64,000 bases of DNA from Candidatus Oxydemutatoraceae bacterium (GTDB taxonomy: Bacteria > Pseudomonadota > Gammaproteobacteria > Poriferisulfidales > Oxydemutatoraceae): contig CBDCOZ010000003.1 in NCBI GenBank assembly GCA_965220085.1, forward strand, positions 544,001 to 608,000, read 5' to 3'. Positions 19,961 through 30,538 of this stretch are shown piece by piece (within the stretch, counting starts at the first letter, position 1; each line of letters opens with the position of its first letter). Below the pieces are notes generated by a model, which was not told where the DNA came from, made no database searches, and worked only from the letters and a program-made list of their open reading frames with translations. A program made the position numbers and the translations under genes.

Positions 19961-20284
19961 CTATTTGTAGTGATAAAAGTTGCGGTTGAGGTAGTCGACA
20001 ACTTGCGATATCTCGCCGCGGCTCCAGTCGAGCCCGAGCCCGCTTTGGCAGTAAATCACCCTTTGGCGCAACGATTGCACATCGTCTGCGATGCTGCTTG
20101 CGCGAGAGTAAAGCAATTCGGGATTGCCGCTGACCATTTGCCGATGGCAATCAACGCAGTTTTCAAGATAGTGCGCGGGCGCTTGTCGCCCGTTTTGCAT
20201 CGGCGCGCTGTCCGCCGCCGCCAAGGGTTGCGACACGATGAGGCCGAGCGCGATAACAACAAAGATATGTATTTTCCGTTTCAT
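19961..20284 (-). CDS. Small periplasmic monoheme cytochrome c
   Basis: Signal peptide, CVDCH, and VVDYLNRNFYHY end. Confidence 0.85.
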   Translation of the reverse strand: MKRKIHIFVVIALGLIVSQPLAAADSAPMQNGRQAPAHYLENCVDCHRQMVSGNPELLYSRASSIADDVQSLRQRVIYCQSGLGLDWSRGEISQVVDYLNRNFYHYK

Positions 20285-20300
20285 ATTAGAATAGTGCGCT

Positions 20301-20846
20301 ATGAAACCTAATAAGTCAAATCTGATATGGATAGATCTTGAGATGACGGGATTGGATACCGCCCGTGATCACATCATAGAAGTCGCGGCGGTTGTCACCG
20401 ATGCCAACCTTCGCATTTTGGCGCAGAGCCCGAGTTATGTGATCCGCCAGAGCGACGAAGTGTTGGCGGCGATGGATGATTGGAATCAGGAACAGCATTC
20501 CAAATCGGGTTTGCTCGATGAGGTGAGAAACAGCCGCTTGAACTATGCCAAGGCGGAAGAGAAAGTATTGGCTTTGCTTGCCGCGCATGCGGTTGCCGGC
20601 GAATCGCCGATGTGCGGCAACAGCATTTGCCAGGATCGCCGTTTCTTATCGCGCCTGATGCCCCGCCTTGAGAAGTTTTTCCATTACCGCAACCTGGATG
20701 TGAGCACCTTGAAAGAGTTGGCAAAGCGATGGCTGCCGCAAGCGGCGAGCGGGCCGAAGAAACAAAGCCGCCACCGCGCGGCCGATGACATCCGCGAGTC
20801 CATCGCCGAGCTCAAAAGGTACCGCAAAGAGCTGTTTAAGCTCTGA
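20301..20846 (+). CDS. orn: Oligoribonuclease
   Basis: [23 protein letters not shown] and [11 protein letters not shown] motifs. Confidence 0.97.
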   Translation: MKPNKSNLIWIDLEMTGLDTARDHIIEVAAVVTDANLRILAQSPSYVIRQSDEVLAAMDDWNQEQHSKSGLLDEVRNSRLNYAKAEEKVLALLAAHAVAGESPMCGNSICQDRRFLSRLMPRLEKFFHYRNLDVSTLKELAKRWLPQAASGPKKQSRHRAADDIRESIAELKRYRKELFKL

Positions 20847-20856
20847 CCCGCCCGTT

Positions 20857-22500
20857 TCAGTCCTTATCGCGCGGGCTCAGAATCGTATCGACCCCATCCA
20901 GCGCCGGGTCCGTTTCGGGGTGCTCAATCATGTAATGCAGCCCGCGGCTTTCCTTGCGCGCCAATGCGGAATCTATGATCAAGGACGCAACCAGAGCCAA
21001 ATTTCTGAATTCGATGGAGTCGTTGCTGATCTTATAGCGCCGGTAGTGGGCGAGCGCTTCGTTTAGCAGCAAGCCGATATGTTGTTTTGCCATCCGCAGG
21101 CGGTCTTGCGATCTGACGATGCCGACATAGTTCCACATCACTTGTCGTACGTCATCCCAGCCGTGTGAAACGATGACCTCTTGGTCGGGTTCGGCGACTT
21201 GGCTCTCATCCCACGGCGGAATGTCCGCGGCGCGGCGCTTGGGCGCGGCGGCGAATTGCTCGCCGATGGCGCGCGCACACAGGCGTCCGCCGACAATACA
21301 CTCCAGCAGAGAATTGCTGGCCAATCGGTTCGCTCCGTGCAAGCCGGTGTGAGCGGCTTCGCCGATTGCGCACAGCCCGGCGATATCGGTTTGCCCGTCG
21401 ATGGCGGCGACGATACCGCCGCAGGTGTAGTGGATCATCGGCACCACCGGTATCCGGTCTTTGCTCAGGTCAAACCCGAACTGCAGGCAGCGCTGGTAGG
21501 TCTTGGGAAAAGATTCCAATATGAAGGCCTTGCCGCGGTGTGAGATGTCCAGAAATACGCAATCCAGACCGTGCCGTTTCATCTCGCTGTCGATCGCTCG
21601 GGCGACGACATCTCTCGGCGCGAGCTCGCCTCTGGCATCGTAGCGTTGCATAAACTCGGAGCCGTCGGGCAAGGACAGCGTAGCGCCCTCGCCGCGCAGC
21701 GATTCGCTGATCAGCAGGGATTTTGCTTCGCGGTGGTAGAGGCCGGTCGGGTGGAATTGCATCAGGTGCATATTGGCGACCCGGCACCCGGCGCGCCAGG
21801 CCATCGCAATCCCGTCGCCGGAAGTGGAATCGGGATTGGTCGTGTAGAGGTAGGTTTTGCCCGCGCCGCCGGTCGCGATAACCGTGACCGCCGCCGATAA
21901 CGCGCAGACCTTGCGCATGGTTTTATTCAGCGCGTAGACGCCGAGGCAACGCCCGTTGTGTCGGTTCTCCGTAATCAGATCGACCGCTATGAAGTCGCGC
22001 GACATGCGTATGTTCTCTCTTTCAAGCGCCCGCGCGTACAGCGCCGATTGTATCGCTTTGCCGGTTGTATCGTGGCGGTGAACGATGCGCGGGCGGCTGT
22101 GTCCGCCTTCGTGGGTCAGGTGCGGGTCGCCGTTCTCATCGCGCGTGAACTCCGTCCCCATGCGACACAGCCAGTCGATGGTTTCGGGGCCGGCGGACGT
22201 CACGGTGTCCGCCGCTTCTTTGTCGCACAGGCCGGCGCCCGCCAGCAGTGTGTCCTGTGCGTGCAGCGCCGGCGAATCATTGGCGGCGATGGCGGCGGCG
22301 ATACCGCCTTGGGCGTAATAGGTGCAACTTTGCGACGGAGCCCCCTTGGCGATGATGCCGACCGAGAGGTTTTGCGGCAACTCTAACGCCAGACTCAGGC
22401 CCGCGGCGCCGCTGCCGATTATCAACACATCGTAATGCGATTGCGGCGAAAAAGCCGAACTTGGGCGGTTGCGGCGGGTTTTTTTCTCAGGCAAAGTCAT
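20857..22500 (-). CDS. nadB: L-aspartate oxidase
   Basis: GSGAAG, EGGHS, QFHPT, ELAPRD and GLHGANRLASNSLLE motifs. Confidence 0.96.
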   Translation of the reverse strand: MTLPEKKTRRNRPSSAFSPQSHYDVLIIGSGAAGLSLALELPQNLSVGIIAKGAPSQSCTYYAQGGIAAAIAANDSPALHAQDTLLAGAGLCDKEAADTVTSAGPETIDWLCRMGTEFTRDENGDPHLTHEGGHSRPRIVHRHDTTGKAIQSALYARALERENIRMSRDFIAVDLITENRHNGRCLGVYALNKTMRKVCALSAAVTVIATGGAGKTYLYTTNPDSTSGDGIAMAWRAGCRVANMHLMQFHPTGLYHREAKSLLISESLRGEGATLSLPDGSEFMQRYDARGELAPRDVVARAIDSEMKRHGLDCVFLDISHRGKAFILESFPKTYQRCLQFGFDLSKDRIPVVPMIHYTCGGIVAAIDGQTDIAGLCAIGEAAHTGLHGANRLASNSLLECIVGGRLCARAIGEQFAAAPKRRAADIPPWDESQVAEPDQEVIVSHGWDDVRQVMWNYVGIVRSQDRLRMAKQHIGLLLNEALAHYRRYKISNDSIEFRNLALVASLIIDSALARKESRGLHYMIEHPETDPALDGVDTILSPRDKD

Positions 22501-22563
22501 AATCTCGGGGCGCTACCGTATAATAGACGCCGGTAGTTTCTTCATTATCCACATTTCAGCCAG

Positions 22564-23982
22564 ATGAAAAACATTCGTTCTGTATTCGGGAATCTCTGTA
22601 TTTTATGCTTTTTTGCGGGCGTGTCGCCGCTTGCATCGCAGTTTGCAAGGGCCGATTTGGCCGACTTTTCAAAACTCGTTGAGGAGGTGTCTCCGTCGGT
22701 TGTCAATATCAGCGTCAAGGGGGCGGAACCCGAGCGCTATGACGGCGGCGAGGATATGCCCGAGACCTTGCCGTGGGAAGAGTTTTTCAGAAGGCATATC
22801 GAACCGCAGTCGCCGACACCGAGAAACTACAACGGTTCGGGATTCATTATTTCCGAAGACGGCGAGATCATCACAAACTATCATGTCGTCAAAGACATGT
22901 CCGACATTCTCGTCAAACTGCACGACCACCGCGAAGTGCCGGCGCAACTCATCGGCTATGACAGCGCCAGCGATATCGCTTTGCTCAAAGCGGAGGCGGA
23001 TAATTTGCTGCCCGTAAAGATAGGCTCATCAAGCGCGCTCAAAGTGGGGCAGTGGGTCGTGGCGATTGGGTCGCCGTTCGGGTTTGAATATACCGTGACC
23101 GCGGGCATCGTCAGCGCGAAAGGAAGAAGCTTGCCATCGGAAAGTTATGTGCCGTTCATTCAGACCGATGTCGCGATCAACCCGGGCAGTTCGGGCGGCC
23201 CGCTGTTTAACCTGCAGCGCGAGGTCATCGGTGTCAATGCGCAGATTTATACCCGCACCAGCAGTTATGCGGGTCTGTCCTTTGCGGTGCCGATCGATAT
23301 GGTCGCCAACGTGGTGCGGCAACTGAAGGAACAAGGTTCGGTGTCGCGGGGCTGGCTCGGCGTGTATATACAAGAGATGACGCGCGAGTTGTCGCAGTCT
23401 TTCGGTATCAAAGACAAGCCCGGCATGGGCGCGCTGGTATCCAAGGTCATCGAAGACAGTCCGGCCGAGGATGCGGGGCTTGCGGCCGGCGATGTGATAC
23501 TGAAGTTTGACGGCGTTGCGATACGCGATTCTTCCGAGTTGCCGCAGTTAGTCGGCCGGACGCAAGTCGGCAAGCGGGTTACAGTCGAAGTGTTCCGGGA
23601 CGATGCCAAGAAAGATATTTTTGTCACGATCGGCAAACTGCCGGGCGAGGACGATGACGCCAAGGAGAGCGACAGCAAAGAACCGTCGCCGCGCGAAGCG
23701 CTCGGGCTGCAACTGCGGGAGTTGAGCGCTGAGGAGAAGGAACAACTGGGGCTTGAGCGCGGCGCATTGTTGGTCGAGAAAGCGGGCCGCGGCGCCGCGA
23801 CTCGGGCCGGCGTCGTCGAAGGGGATGTTCTGGTGATGTTGGACAACAAACATTTTGAAACGGTCGGCGAGTTTCATGATATCGCCGAGGATTTGCCGGT
23901 CGGGGAGTTTGTCACGTTATTGATCGTGCGCAACGGAATGCCCCGGTTTCTGGCGCTGCGAAGAGAGAAAGACGCCGAATGA
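22564..23982 (+). CDS. DegP/DegQ (MucD-like) serine protease
   Basis: TNYHVV, DIALLK, INPGSSGGPL and two PDZ domains. Confidence 0.93.
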   Translation: MKNIRSVFGNLCILCFFAGVSPLASQFARADLADFSKLVEEVSPSVVNISVKGAEPERYDGGEDMPETLPWEEFFRRHIEPQSPTPRNYNGSGFIISEDGEIITNYHVVKDMSDILVKLHDHREVPAQLIGYDSASDIALLKAEADNLLPVKIGSSSALKVGQWVVAIGSPFGFEYTVTAGIVSAKGRSLPSESYVPFIQTDVAINPGSSGGPLFNLQREVIGVNAQIYTRTSSYAGLSFAVPIDMVANVVRQLKEQGSVSRGWLGVYIQEMTRELSQSFGIKDKPGMGALVSKVIEDSPAEDAGLAAGDVILKFDGVAIRDSSELPQLVGRTQVGKRVTVEVFRDDAKKDIFVTIGKLPGEDDDAKESDSKEPSPREALGLQLRELSAEEKEQLGLERGALLVEKAGRGAATRAGVVEGDVLVMLDNKHFETVGEFHDIAEDLPVGEFVTLLIVRNGMPRFLALRREKDAE

Positions 23983-24734
23983 AGTGCCGGCGTCGCATTG
24001 TGTGCGTATGCATCCTGTTGACGGGCGGCGCGGCAGTTTCCGAGCCGCGGGTCTCTGCCGTTGCCGCGGACACGGCTGATGCCGAGCCGGTCGCCGAGCG
24101 CCAAGGTATTATCGTGCCGGCGCGGCGCACCCGTCTGGTCAGCCGTTTGGATACCGTTGTCAAGCGGGTGTCGGTAAATGTCGGCGACCGTTTCAAGCGC
24201 GACGATGTGTTGGCCGAATTTGATTGCGCGGTCGAGCGCGCCGCCCTGGAAGAGGCGCGCTTGGCGCATAAACTCGAGAAACTCAAGCGCGACGAGAGCC
24301 GCAAACAGAGCGACGACAAGGATGGCGACGAAGTCATGGCCTTGCGGGCCGAAGTGGCGCTCGCGCGCCTGAACCATCTGCGCGAGAAAGCGAAGTACTG
24401 CAAGATCATCGCCCCCTATGACGGGCGGCTGATCAAAGTGTTTTCCTCGCCGCACGAAAAAGTTTCGGCGTTGGCGCCGGTCCTTGATGTCATCAGCGAC
24501 GAAGGTTTTGAGTTCCATTTCTTTCTGCCGTGGGAGTGGCGGAGCCGGGTTCCCGTAGGCTACCGGTTTAACGTTACGGTGGGCGAGCGGAATTACGAGG
24601 CGCGCTTGAGCGCTATCGCATTGGAAGCGGATATTGTGGATCGCAGTTTTAAGGCGATCGCAAAAGTTGCGGGGGATGACAATCTGCCTCTGGGTATTTC
24701 CGCGACCGCGCGTTTTGACATGCCCCCGCCGTGA
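23979..24734 (+). CDS. HlyD/RND-type periplasmic adaptor
   Basis: VNVGDRFKRDDVLAEFDC, hairpin, and CKIIAPYDG lipoyl half-motifs. Confidence 0.75.
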   Translation: MKCRRRIVCVCILLTGGAAVSEPRVSAVAADTADAEPVAERQGIIVPARRTRLVSRLDTVVKRVSVNVGDRFKRDDVLAEFDCAVERAALEEARLAHKLEKLKRDESRKQSDDKDGDEVMALRAEVALARLNHLREKAKYCKIIAPYDGRLIKVFSSPHEKVSALAPVLDVISDEGFEFHFFLPWEWRSRVPVGYRFNVTVGERNYEARLSAIALEADIVDRSFKAIAKVAGDDNLPLGISATARFDMPPP

Positions 24735-24761
24735 TATCCGTTTGAACGTTTGCCAATACAG

Positions 24762-26780
24762 ATGTTATCGCGAAAACAATTAGCGAATGCCATCAGAGCA
24801 TTGAGCATGGATGCGGTGGAAGCGGCCCGCTCGGGGCATCCCGGGATGCCGATGGGGATGGCGGATATCGCCGAAGTGCTGTGGAATGATTATCTGGCGC
24901 ATAACCCCGCCAACCCGCTGTGGCATAACCGCGACCGTTTTGTTTTGTCCAACGGGCACGGGGCGATGTTGCTCTACTCTCTGTTGCATCTGACCGGTTA
25001 TCCGTTGCCGATCGATGAGATAAAACGGTTTCGCCAACTCGGATCACAAACGCCGGGGCATCCCGAACACGGTGTCACCGCGGGCGTTGAGACGACAACC
25101 GGGCCTTTGGGGCAGGGGCTTGCCAATGCGGTGGGGATGGCGATTGCCGAACGGGTGCTCGGCGCCCGATTCAACTCCGATGCGCATAAGATCATCGACC
25201 ACCATACGTATGTGTTCGCCGGCGACGGCTGTTTGATGGAAGGCATTTCGCACGAGGCGTGTTCGCTCGCCGGCGCTTTGCGACTCGGCAAGTTGATCGT
25301 CTTCTATGATCGCAACGGTATCTCCATAGACGGCAATATCGGGCCGTGGTTCGGCGACGATACCCCGCGGCGGTTTGAGGCCTACGGCTGGCAGGCGCTG
25401 TCGCCGGTGGACGGGCACGACGCCGAGGCCGTCAAGCGGGCGATTGAGCGCGCGCGCGCCGAGACGACGCGTCCGAGTTTGATATGTTGCGATACGGTCA
25501 TCGGCTATGGCGCGCCGAACAAACAAGGGCGGGCGTCGTGTCACGGCGCCGCGCTCGGCGCGGATGAAATCGCGGCCGCGCGACAACAGCTGGAGTGGCC
25601 GCATCCGCCGTTTGAGATTCCCGATGCGGTCTATAGCGGCTGGGATGCGACCGGCAGAGGCGCGGTACTCGAGCGCGAGTGGGCAGCGATGACAGAAGCG
25701 TACCGCGCCGTGTCCGCGGACAAGTGGGATGAGTTTGAGCGTTGCATGCAAGGGCGCCTGCCCGCTGCGTGGCAACGGGAGTTTGACAAGCTCATCGCCG
25801 ATGTCGATAAGCGGGCGCCGGATATGGCGACGCGCAAGTCTTCTCTGTTGGCGTTGGAAGCGATTGCGAACATGCTGCCGGAACTCATCGGCGGTTCGGC
25901 GGATCTGGCCGAATCCAATTGCGTGTTGCGCAAGGACAGCCGCCCGCTCAGCGCGACCGAACACGACGCCGACTATATATATTTCGGCGTCAGGGAGTTT
26001 GCGATGTCGGCTATCGCGACGGGGATTTCATTGCACGGCGGTCTGTTGCCTTATGCGGCGACCTTTCTTGTGTTTTCCGACTACGCGCGCAATGCGATAC
26101 GGATGGCCGCGCTGATGAAGCGGCGGGTCGTCTTTGTGTTTACGCACGACTCTATCGGTTTGGGCGAAGACGGCGCCACCCACCAGCCGGTCGAGCACTT
26201 GGCGAGTTTGCGGCTGATACCGAACCTTGACGTATGGCGCCCGTGCGATACGGCGGAAACACTGACGGCGTGGCGCTGCGCCGTTGAACGCACAGACGGC
26301 CCCAGCGCATTGGCGTTGTCGCGTCAGACTTTGCCGCACATGGAGCGGCAAGGCCGGCAGCTTGAGGACATTGCGCGCGGCGGATATGTCTTGCGCGATT
26401 GCCCGGGCTCCCCGCAGTTGGTTATCATTGCGACCGGGTCGGAGGCGGCGCTCGCGCTTGCGGCGTATCAGAAGATGCGCGGGCAAGGGTATGCGATACG
26501 TTTGGTTTCCATGCCTTGCAGCGAGGCGTTTGATCGCCAAGCAGAGAGCTATCGCAACGCGGTATTGCCTCCCGCTGTGCCGCGTCTTGCGGCGGAAGCC
26601 GGCAGCAGCGATTGGTGGCGGCGGTATGTCGGCGCCGAAGGGGAGACAGTCGGCATGGATGGTTTTGGCGCGTCGGCTCCGGCAAAAGATTTGTTCGAGC
26701 ATTACGGCTTTGCCGTCGATCGCGTCTGCGAAGCGATTGAGCGGCTTTTGAAAAAACAGACTTTTATAATTTCCGAATAG
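24762..26780 (+). CDS. tkt: Transketolase
   Basis: [17 protein letters not shown] and [15 protein letters not shown] motifs. Confidence 0.97.
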   Translation: MLSRKQLANAIRALSMDAVEAARSGHPGMPMGMADIAEVLWNDYLAHNPANPLWHNRDRFVLSNGHGAMLLYSLLHLTGYPLPIDEIKRFRQLGSQTPGHPEHGVTAGVETTTGPLGQGLANAVGMAIAERVLGARFNSDAHKIIDHHTYVFAGDGCLMEGISHEACSLAGALRLGKLIVFYDRNGISIDGNIGPWFGDDTPRRFEAYGWQALSPVDGHDAEAVKRAIERARAETTRPSLICCDTVIGYGAPNKQGRASCHGAALGADEIAAARQQLEWPHPPFEIPDAVYSGWDATGRGAVLEREWAAMTEAYRAVSADKWDEFERCMQGRLPAAWQREFDKLIADVDKRAPDMATRKSSLLALEAIANMLPELIGGSADLAESNCVLRKDSRPLSATEHDADYIYFGVREFAMSAIATGISLHGGLLPYAATFLVFSDYARNAIRMAALMKRRVVFVFTHDSIGLGEDGATHQPVEHLASLRLIPNLDVWRPCDTAETLTAWRCAVERTDGPSALALSRQTLPHMERQGRQLEDIARGGYVLRDCPGSPQLVIIATGSEAALALAAYQKMRGQGYAIRLVSMPCSEAFDRQAESYRNAVLPPAVPRLAAEAGSSDWWRRYVGAEGETVGMDGFGASAPAKDLFEHYGFAVDRVCEAIERLLKKQTFIISE

Positions 26781-26800
26781 TGTTTTAACAATGAGGTTAC

Positions 26801-27811
26801 ATGATGATTAAGGTTGCCATCAACGGCTACGGAAGGATAGGGCGCAATGTCTTGCGCGCCTTGTATGAGACCGCAAGAAGCGATGAGATAAAGATCGTGG
26901 GCGTGAATGCGACGGCGAATGCCGAGTGCGTGGCGCACTTGACACGCTACGACACGACGCACGGACGATTTGCCGCCGAGGTGGCGGTACGGGGCGCGGA
27001 CATGCTGGTGAATGGCGATTTGATTCGCCTCACTTCCGACCGCGACCCGTCGGCGCTGCCGTGGCGGGAGCTGGGAGCGGATGTCGTGTTGGAGTGCACC
27101 GGCAAGTTTAAGAGCAGACAGCGGGCGCAAACCCATATCGACGCCGGGGCGAAGAAGGTGCTGATCTCGGCTCCCGCCGACGGAGAGGTCGATGCGACGG
27201 TCGTGTGCGGCGTCAATGACAACATTTTGAAACCCGCAGACACGATTGTTTCAAACGCTTCTTGCACGACCAATTGCCTGGCGCCGGTGGCCAAAGCGCT
27301 TCACGATGCAATCGGGATTAAAAGCGGATTGATTACCACGGTGCACGCATACACCAACGATCAGACCTTGATTGATGCGCCGCACAAAGACCTTCGCCGC
27401 GCGCGCTCGGCTACGATGTCGATGGTGCCGACCGGCACCGGCGCGGCAAGGGCGGTCGGTTTGGTCTTGCCCGAACTGGCCGGCAAACTCCACGGGCATG
27501 CGATCAGGGTGCCGACGCTCAATGTCTCGCTGGTCGATCTGACATTTGTCGCCGCCAGAGCCACCGCTGTGGCGGAGGTGAATGCGGCTTTGCGCGCGGC
27601 GGCGGAAGGCGAGTTACGGTCGGTTCTTGATTACTGCGAAGCGCCGTTGGTGTCGACCGATTTCAACCACCATCCGGCATCCGCGATCTATGATCCGGGT
27701 CTGACGCACGTAATAGAAGACACCTTGGTCAAGGTCTCGGCTTGGTATGACAACGAATGGGGCTATTCAAACCGGATGTTGGATATCGCGGTTCGGATGA
27801 CGGAGGCGTAG
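26801..27811 (+). CDS. gap: Type I glyceraldehyde-3-phosphate dehydrogenase
   Basis: [24 protein letters not shown] and WYDNEWG motifs. Confidence 0.9.
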   Translation: MMIKVAINGYGRIGRNVLRALYETARSDEIKIVGVNATANAECVAHLTRYDTTHGRFAAEVAVRGADMLVNGDLIRLTSDRDPSALPWRELGADVVLECTGKFKSRQRAQTHIDAGAKKVLISAPADGEVDATVVCGVNDNILKPADTIVSNASCTTNCLAPVAKALHDAIGIKSGLITTVHAYTNDQTLIDAPHKDLRRARSATMSMVPTGTGAARAVGLVLPELAGKLHGHAIRVPTLNVSLVDLTFVAARATAVAEVNAALRAAAEGELRSVLDYCEAPLVSTDFNHHPASAIYDPGLTHVIEDTLVKVSAWYDNEWGYSNRMLDIAVRMTEA

Positions 27812-27820
27812 AGTGTCGAG

Positions 27821-29041
27821 ATGCTGGCGATGAAAGACATTGAGATGACGGCAAAGCGGGTTATGATTCGGGTTGATATGAATACTCCGATGCAAGACGG
27901 CGCGGTCGCCGACGACCGCAGAATACGCGCGTGTGTGCCGACGATTACGGCGGCGCTGGATGCCGCCGCCGCTGTCATTCTGGTGTCCCACCTCGGCCGA
28001 CCCGTCGAAGGGGAGTTTGATGCGCGCTTCTCGTTGTCGCCGGTCGCGCAAAGATTATCCGCCATCCTCAATCGGCCGGTGCCGTTGGCGCGGGACTATC
28101 CGGATGGCGCGGAGGCGGCCGGCGGGCCGCTTGTGATGTGTGAGAATGCGCGCTTTCAAGTCGGCGAGAAGAGCGATGCCGCCGAGTTGGCGCAAAAGCT
28201 CGCGCGCCTGTGCGACATCTTCGTGATGGATGCGTTTGGTTGCGCCCACCGCGCGCACGCATCGACCCACGGCGTTATAAAGTTTGCCGACACCGCGTGT
28301 GCCGGCCCTCTGCTGTGCGACGAACTCAGCCACTTGCAAGCGGCGCTTGAGAAAATGCAAAGCAAGCGCGAAGCGGCATCGGGTTCGCGCGTGGCCATCA
28401 TAGGCGGCGCCAAGGTCGGCGGCAAGCTGGAATTGCTGGAGTCATTTATCGGCAAAGCGGATGTCGTGATCGTCGGCGGAGGCATCGCCAATACATTCAT
28501 CGCGGCGATGGGGCATGCGGTCGGCAATTCTCTGTATGAGCCCGCCTTGGTCGATTTTGCAAAAGAATATGCGCGGGCCGCGGCGCAGAACGGCTTGCGT
28601 TTGCTGGTTCCGTCGGATGTGATATGCGCGGCGGGTTTGGATGATGCGGCCGCGCCGTCGCTGAAATCATTGGATGAAATATCCGCTGCCGATATGATCC
28701 TTGATGTCGGCCCCGCGACCAATGCCGCCATCAAAGATGTGTTGGGCAAGGCCGAGACGATCTTATGGAACGGCCCGCTGGGAGCGTTTGAATGGGAGGC
28801 TTTCGCCAACGGCACCCGCGAGTTGGCGCAGGCGGTTGCCGACAGCCCCGGTTGCTGTATCGCCGGCGGCGGCGATACCCTGCTGGCAATCGATCGCTTT
28901 GCCGACAGCGACGGGGTGTCGGTTGCGCGGCGAATCGTCGACAAAGGCGGCTATATATCGACCGGCGGCGGATCTTTTATTGAATTTATTCAAGGCAAGA
29001 CCTTGCCCGCGATAGAAGCGCTCGAGCAGCGCGCGGCATAA
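27821..29041 (+). CDS. pgk: Phosphoglycerate kinase
   Basis: SHLGRP, GGAKV, WNGPLG and STGGG motifs. Confidence 0.96.
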   Translation: MLAMKDIEMTAKRVMIRVDMNTPMQDGAVADDRRIRACVPTITAALDAAAAVILVSHLGRPVEGEFDARFSLSPVAQRLSAILNRPVPLARDYPDGAEAAGGPLVMCENARFQVGEKSDAAELAQKLARLCDIFVMDAFGCAHRAHASTHGVIKFADTACAGPLLCDELSHLQAALEKMQSKREAASGSRVAIIGGAKVGGKLELLESFIGKADVVIVGGGIANTFIAAMGHAVGNSLYEPALVDFAKEYARAAAQNGLRLLVPSDVICAAGLDDAAAPSLKSLDEISAADMILDVGPATNAAIKDVLGKAETILWNGPLGAFEWEAFANGTRELAQAVADSPGCCIAGGGDTLLAIDRFADSDGVSVARRIVDKGGYISTGGGSFIEFIQGKTLPAIEALEQRAA

Positions 29042-29056
29042 AACGGGACAAAGACG

Positions 29057-30511
29057 ATGACAGAAATTCGCTGCCAAGGAATACCGCGACAAACGAAGAT
29101 TATCGCAACCTTAGGCCCGTCCGTCGGCAGCGAGGAAATCATCGCCCGCCTGGTAGACGCCGGCATCGATGCGGTGCGGCTGAACTTCTCTCACGGCAAC
29201 CGAGACGACCACATTCGCTATGCCGAAATGGTGCGCAATGTGTGCAAGGCCAAGCGGTATCACATCGCTATTCTGGGCGATTTGCAAGGGCCCAAGATCA
29301 GAACGCAAAAGTTCAAAGACGCGCAAGTGACGCTGGAGAAAGGCCAAGTTTTCAGACTGGTTCCCCGCTTGGGAGCGAATGACGGCACCCGCGAATGCGT
29401 GGGAATCACCTATCCCGATTTGTATCGGGATGTCAAAGTCGACGATGATCTGTTGCTTGACGACGGGCGCATCACGCTCGGCGTGCGGTCGTCGGATGAG
29501 GATGAGATCGCGACCGAGGTGCTTGTCGGCGGAGTATTATCCAATAACAAAGGCATCAACCGGCGCGGCGGCGGCTTGTCCGCGCCGTCGATTACCGAAA
29601 AAGACAAGAACGATATAAAACTGGCGGCCGAAATCGGCGTGGATTATCTTGCGGTTTCCTTCCCCAAGAGCGCCGATGATATCGTTTATGCCAGAAAGTT
29701 GCTCGGTGATGCGGGCAATGACGCGCGGATGATAGCCAAGATAGAGCGGGTCGATGCGCTGAACAATATAGACCGGATATTTGAAGTGTCGGACGGCGTG
29801 ATGATCGCGCGCGGCGATCTGAGCATAGAGATCGGAGATGCGACATTGACCGCGGTGCAAAAGCACCTGATAAAAAAGGCGCGCAAGCACAATCGGATCG
29901 TGATCACGGCGACCGAGATGTTGCAGTCCATGATCGACAGCAATGTGCCGACGCGCGCCGAGATATCGGATGTTGCCAACGCCGTTCTGGACGGTTCCGA
30001 CGCGCTGATGCTATCGGCGGAGTCGGCCATCGGCAAATACCCGGTCGAAGCGGTGGAGACGATGGGGCGGCTGTGCCACGGCGCGGAATCCGCGGAGGTC
30101 GGAGAGTATCGGACGCGGCACTTTCCGGAGGAGAAGTTGGAGACGATAGAAAAAGCGGTGGCGGCTTTTGCCGTATATACCGCGACCAGCCTCGATGCGA
30201 AGGCCATCGCCGCTCTGACCGAGTCGGGCGCGATCACGCTTTACATGTCGCGTTATCTTTCGGCGATACCGATTTATGCGATGACCCCGAATGTCGATAC
30301 CTGTCGCAAAATCACGTTGTACCGCAATGTGTATCCGTTGCTGATCGATTCCGACAACCGCTCGTCGTCGGTCAATGACGAGGTCGTGCGCGGTTTGCGC
30401 ATGTACCGCGCCGTTGAAAGCGGCGATAAGGTGGTGGTCACGAAGGGCGATAAGGTCGGCGAGCGCGGCGGCACCAACGGGGTAAAAGTGATTATGGTCG
30501 CCAAGAATTAA
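29057..30511 (+). CDS. pyk: Pyruvate kinase
   Basis: TKIIATLGP, RLNFSHG, DLQGPKIR and MIARGDL motifs. Confidence 0.96.
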   Translation: MTEIRCQGIPRQTKIIATLGPSVGSEEIIARLVDAGIDAVRLNFSHGNRDDHIRYAEMVRNVCKAKRYHIAILGDLQGPKIRTQKFKDAQVTLEKGQVFRLVPRLGANDGTRECVGITYPDLYRDVKVDDDLLLDDGRITLGVRSSDEDEIATEVLVGGVLSNNKGINRRGGGLSAPSITEKDKNDIKLAAEIGVDYLAVSFPKSADDIVYARKLLGDAGNDARMIAKIERVDALNNIDRIFEVSDGVMIARGDLSIEIGDATLTAVQKHLIKKARKHNRIVITATEMLQSMIDSNVPTRAEISDVANAVLDGSDALMLSAESAIGKYPVEAVETMGRLCHGAESAEVGEYRTRHFPEEKLETIEKAVAAFAVYTATSLDAKAIAALTESGAITLYMSRYLSAIPIYAMTPNVDTCRKITLYRNVYPLLIDSDNRSSSVNDEVVRGLRMYRAVESGDKVVVTKGDKVGERGGTNGVKVIMVAKN

Positions 30512-30538
30512 AACATTGATTTATCAGAGCGAACAATT

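Noticed and set aside
23170-23210. Inactive DegP because of GSSGG instead of GNSGG
   Set aside because: The catalytic His, Asp and Ser are all retained.
26801-27811. epd rather than gap
   Set aside because: HAYTNDQ fits GAPDH; Epd typically has HSAMNDQ or HSAMHDQ.
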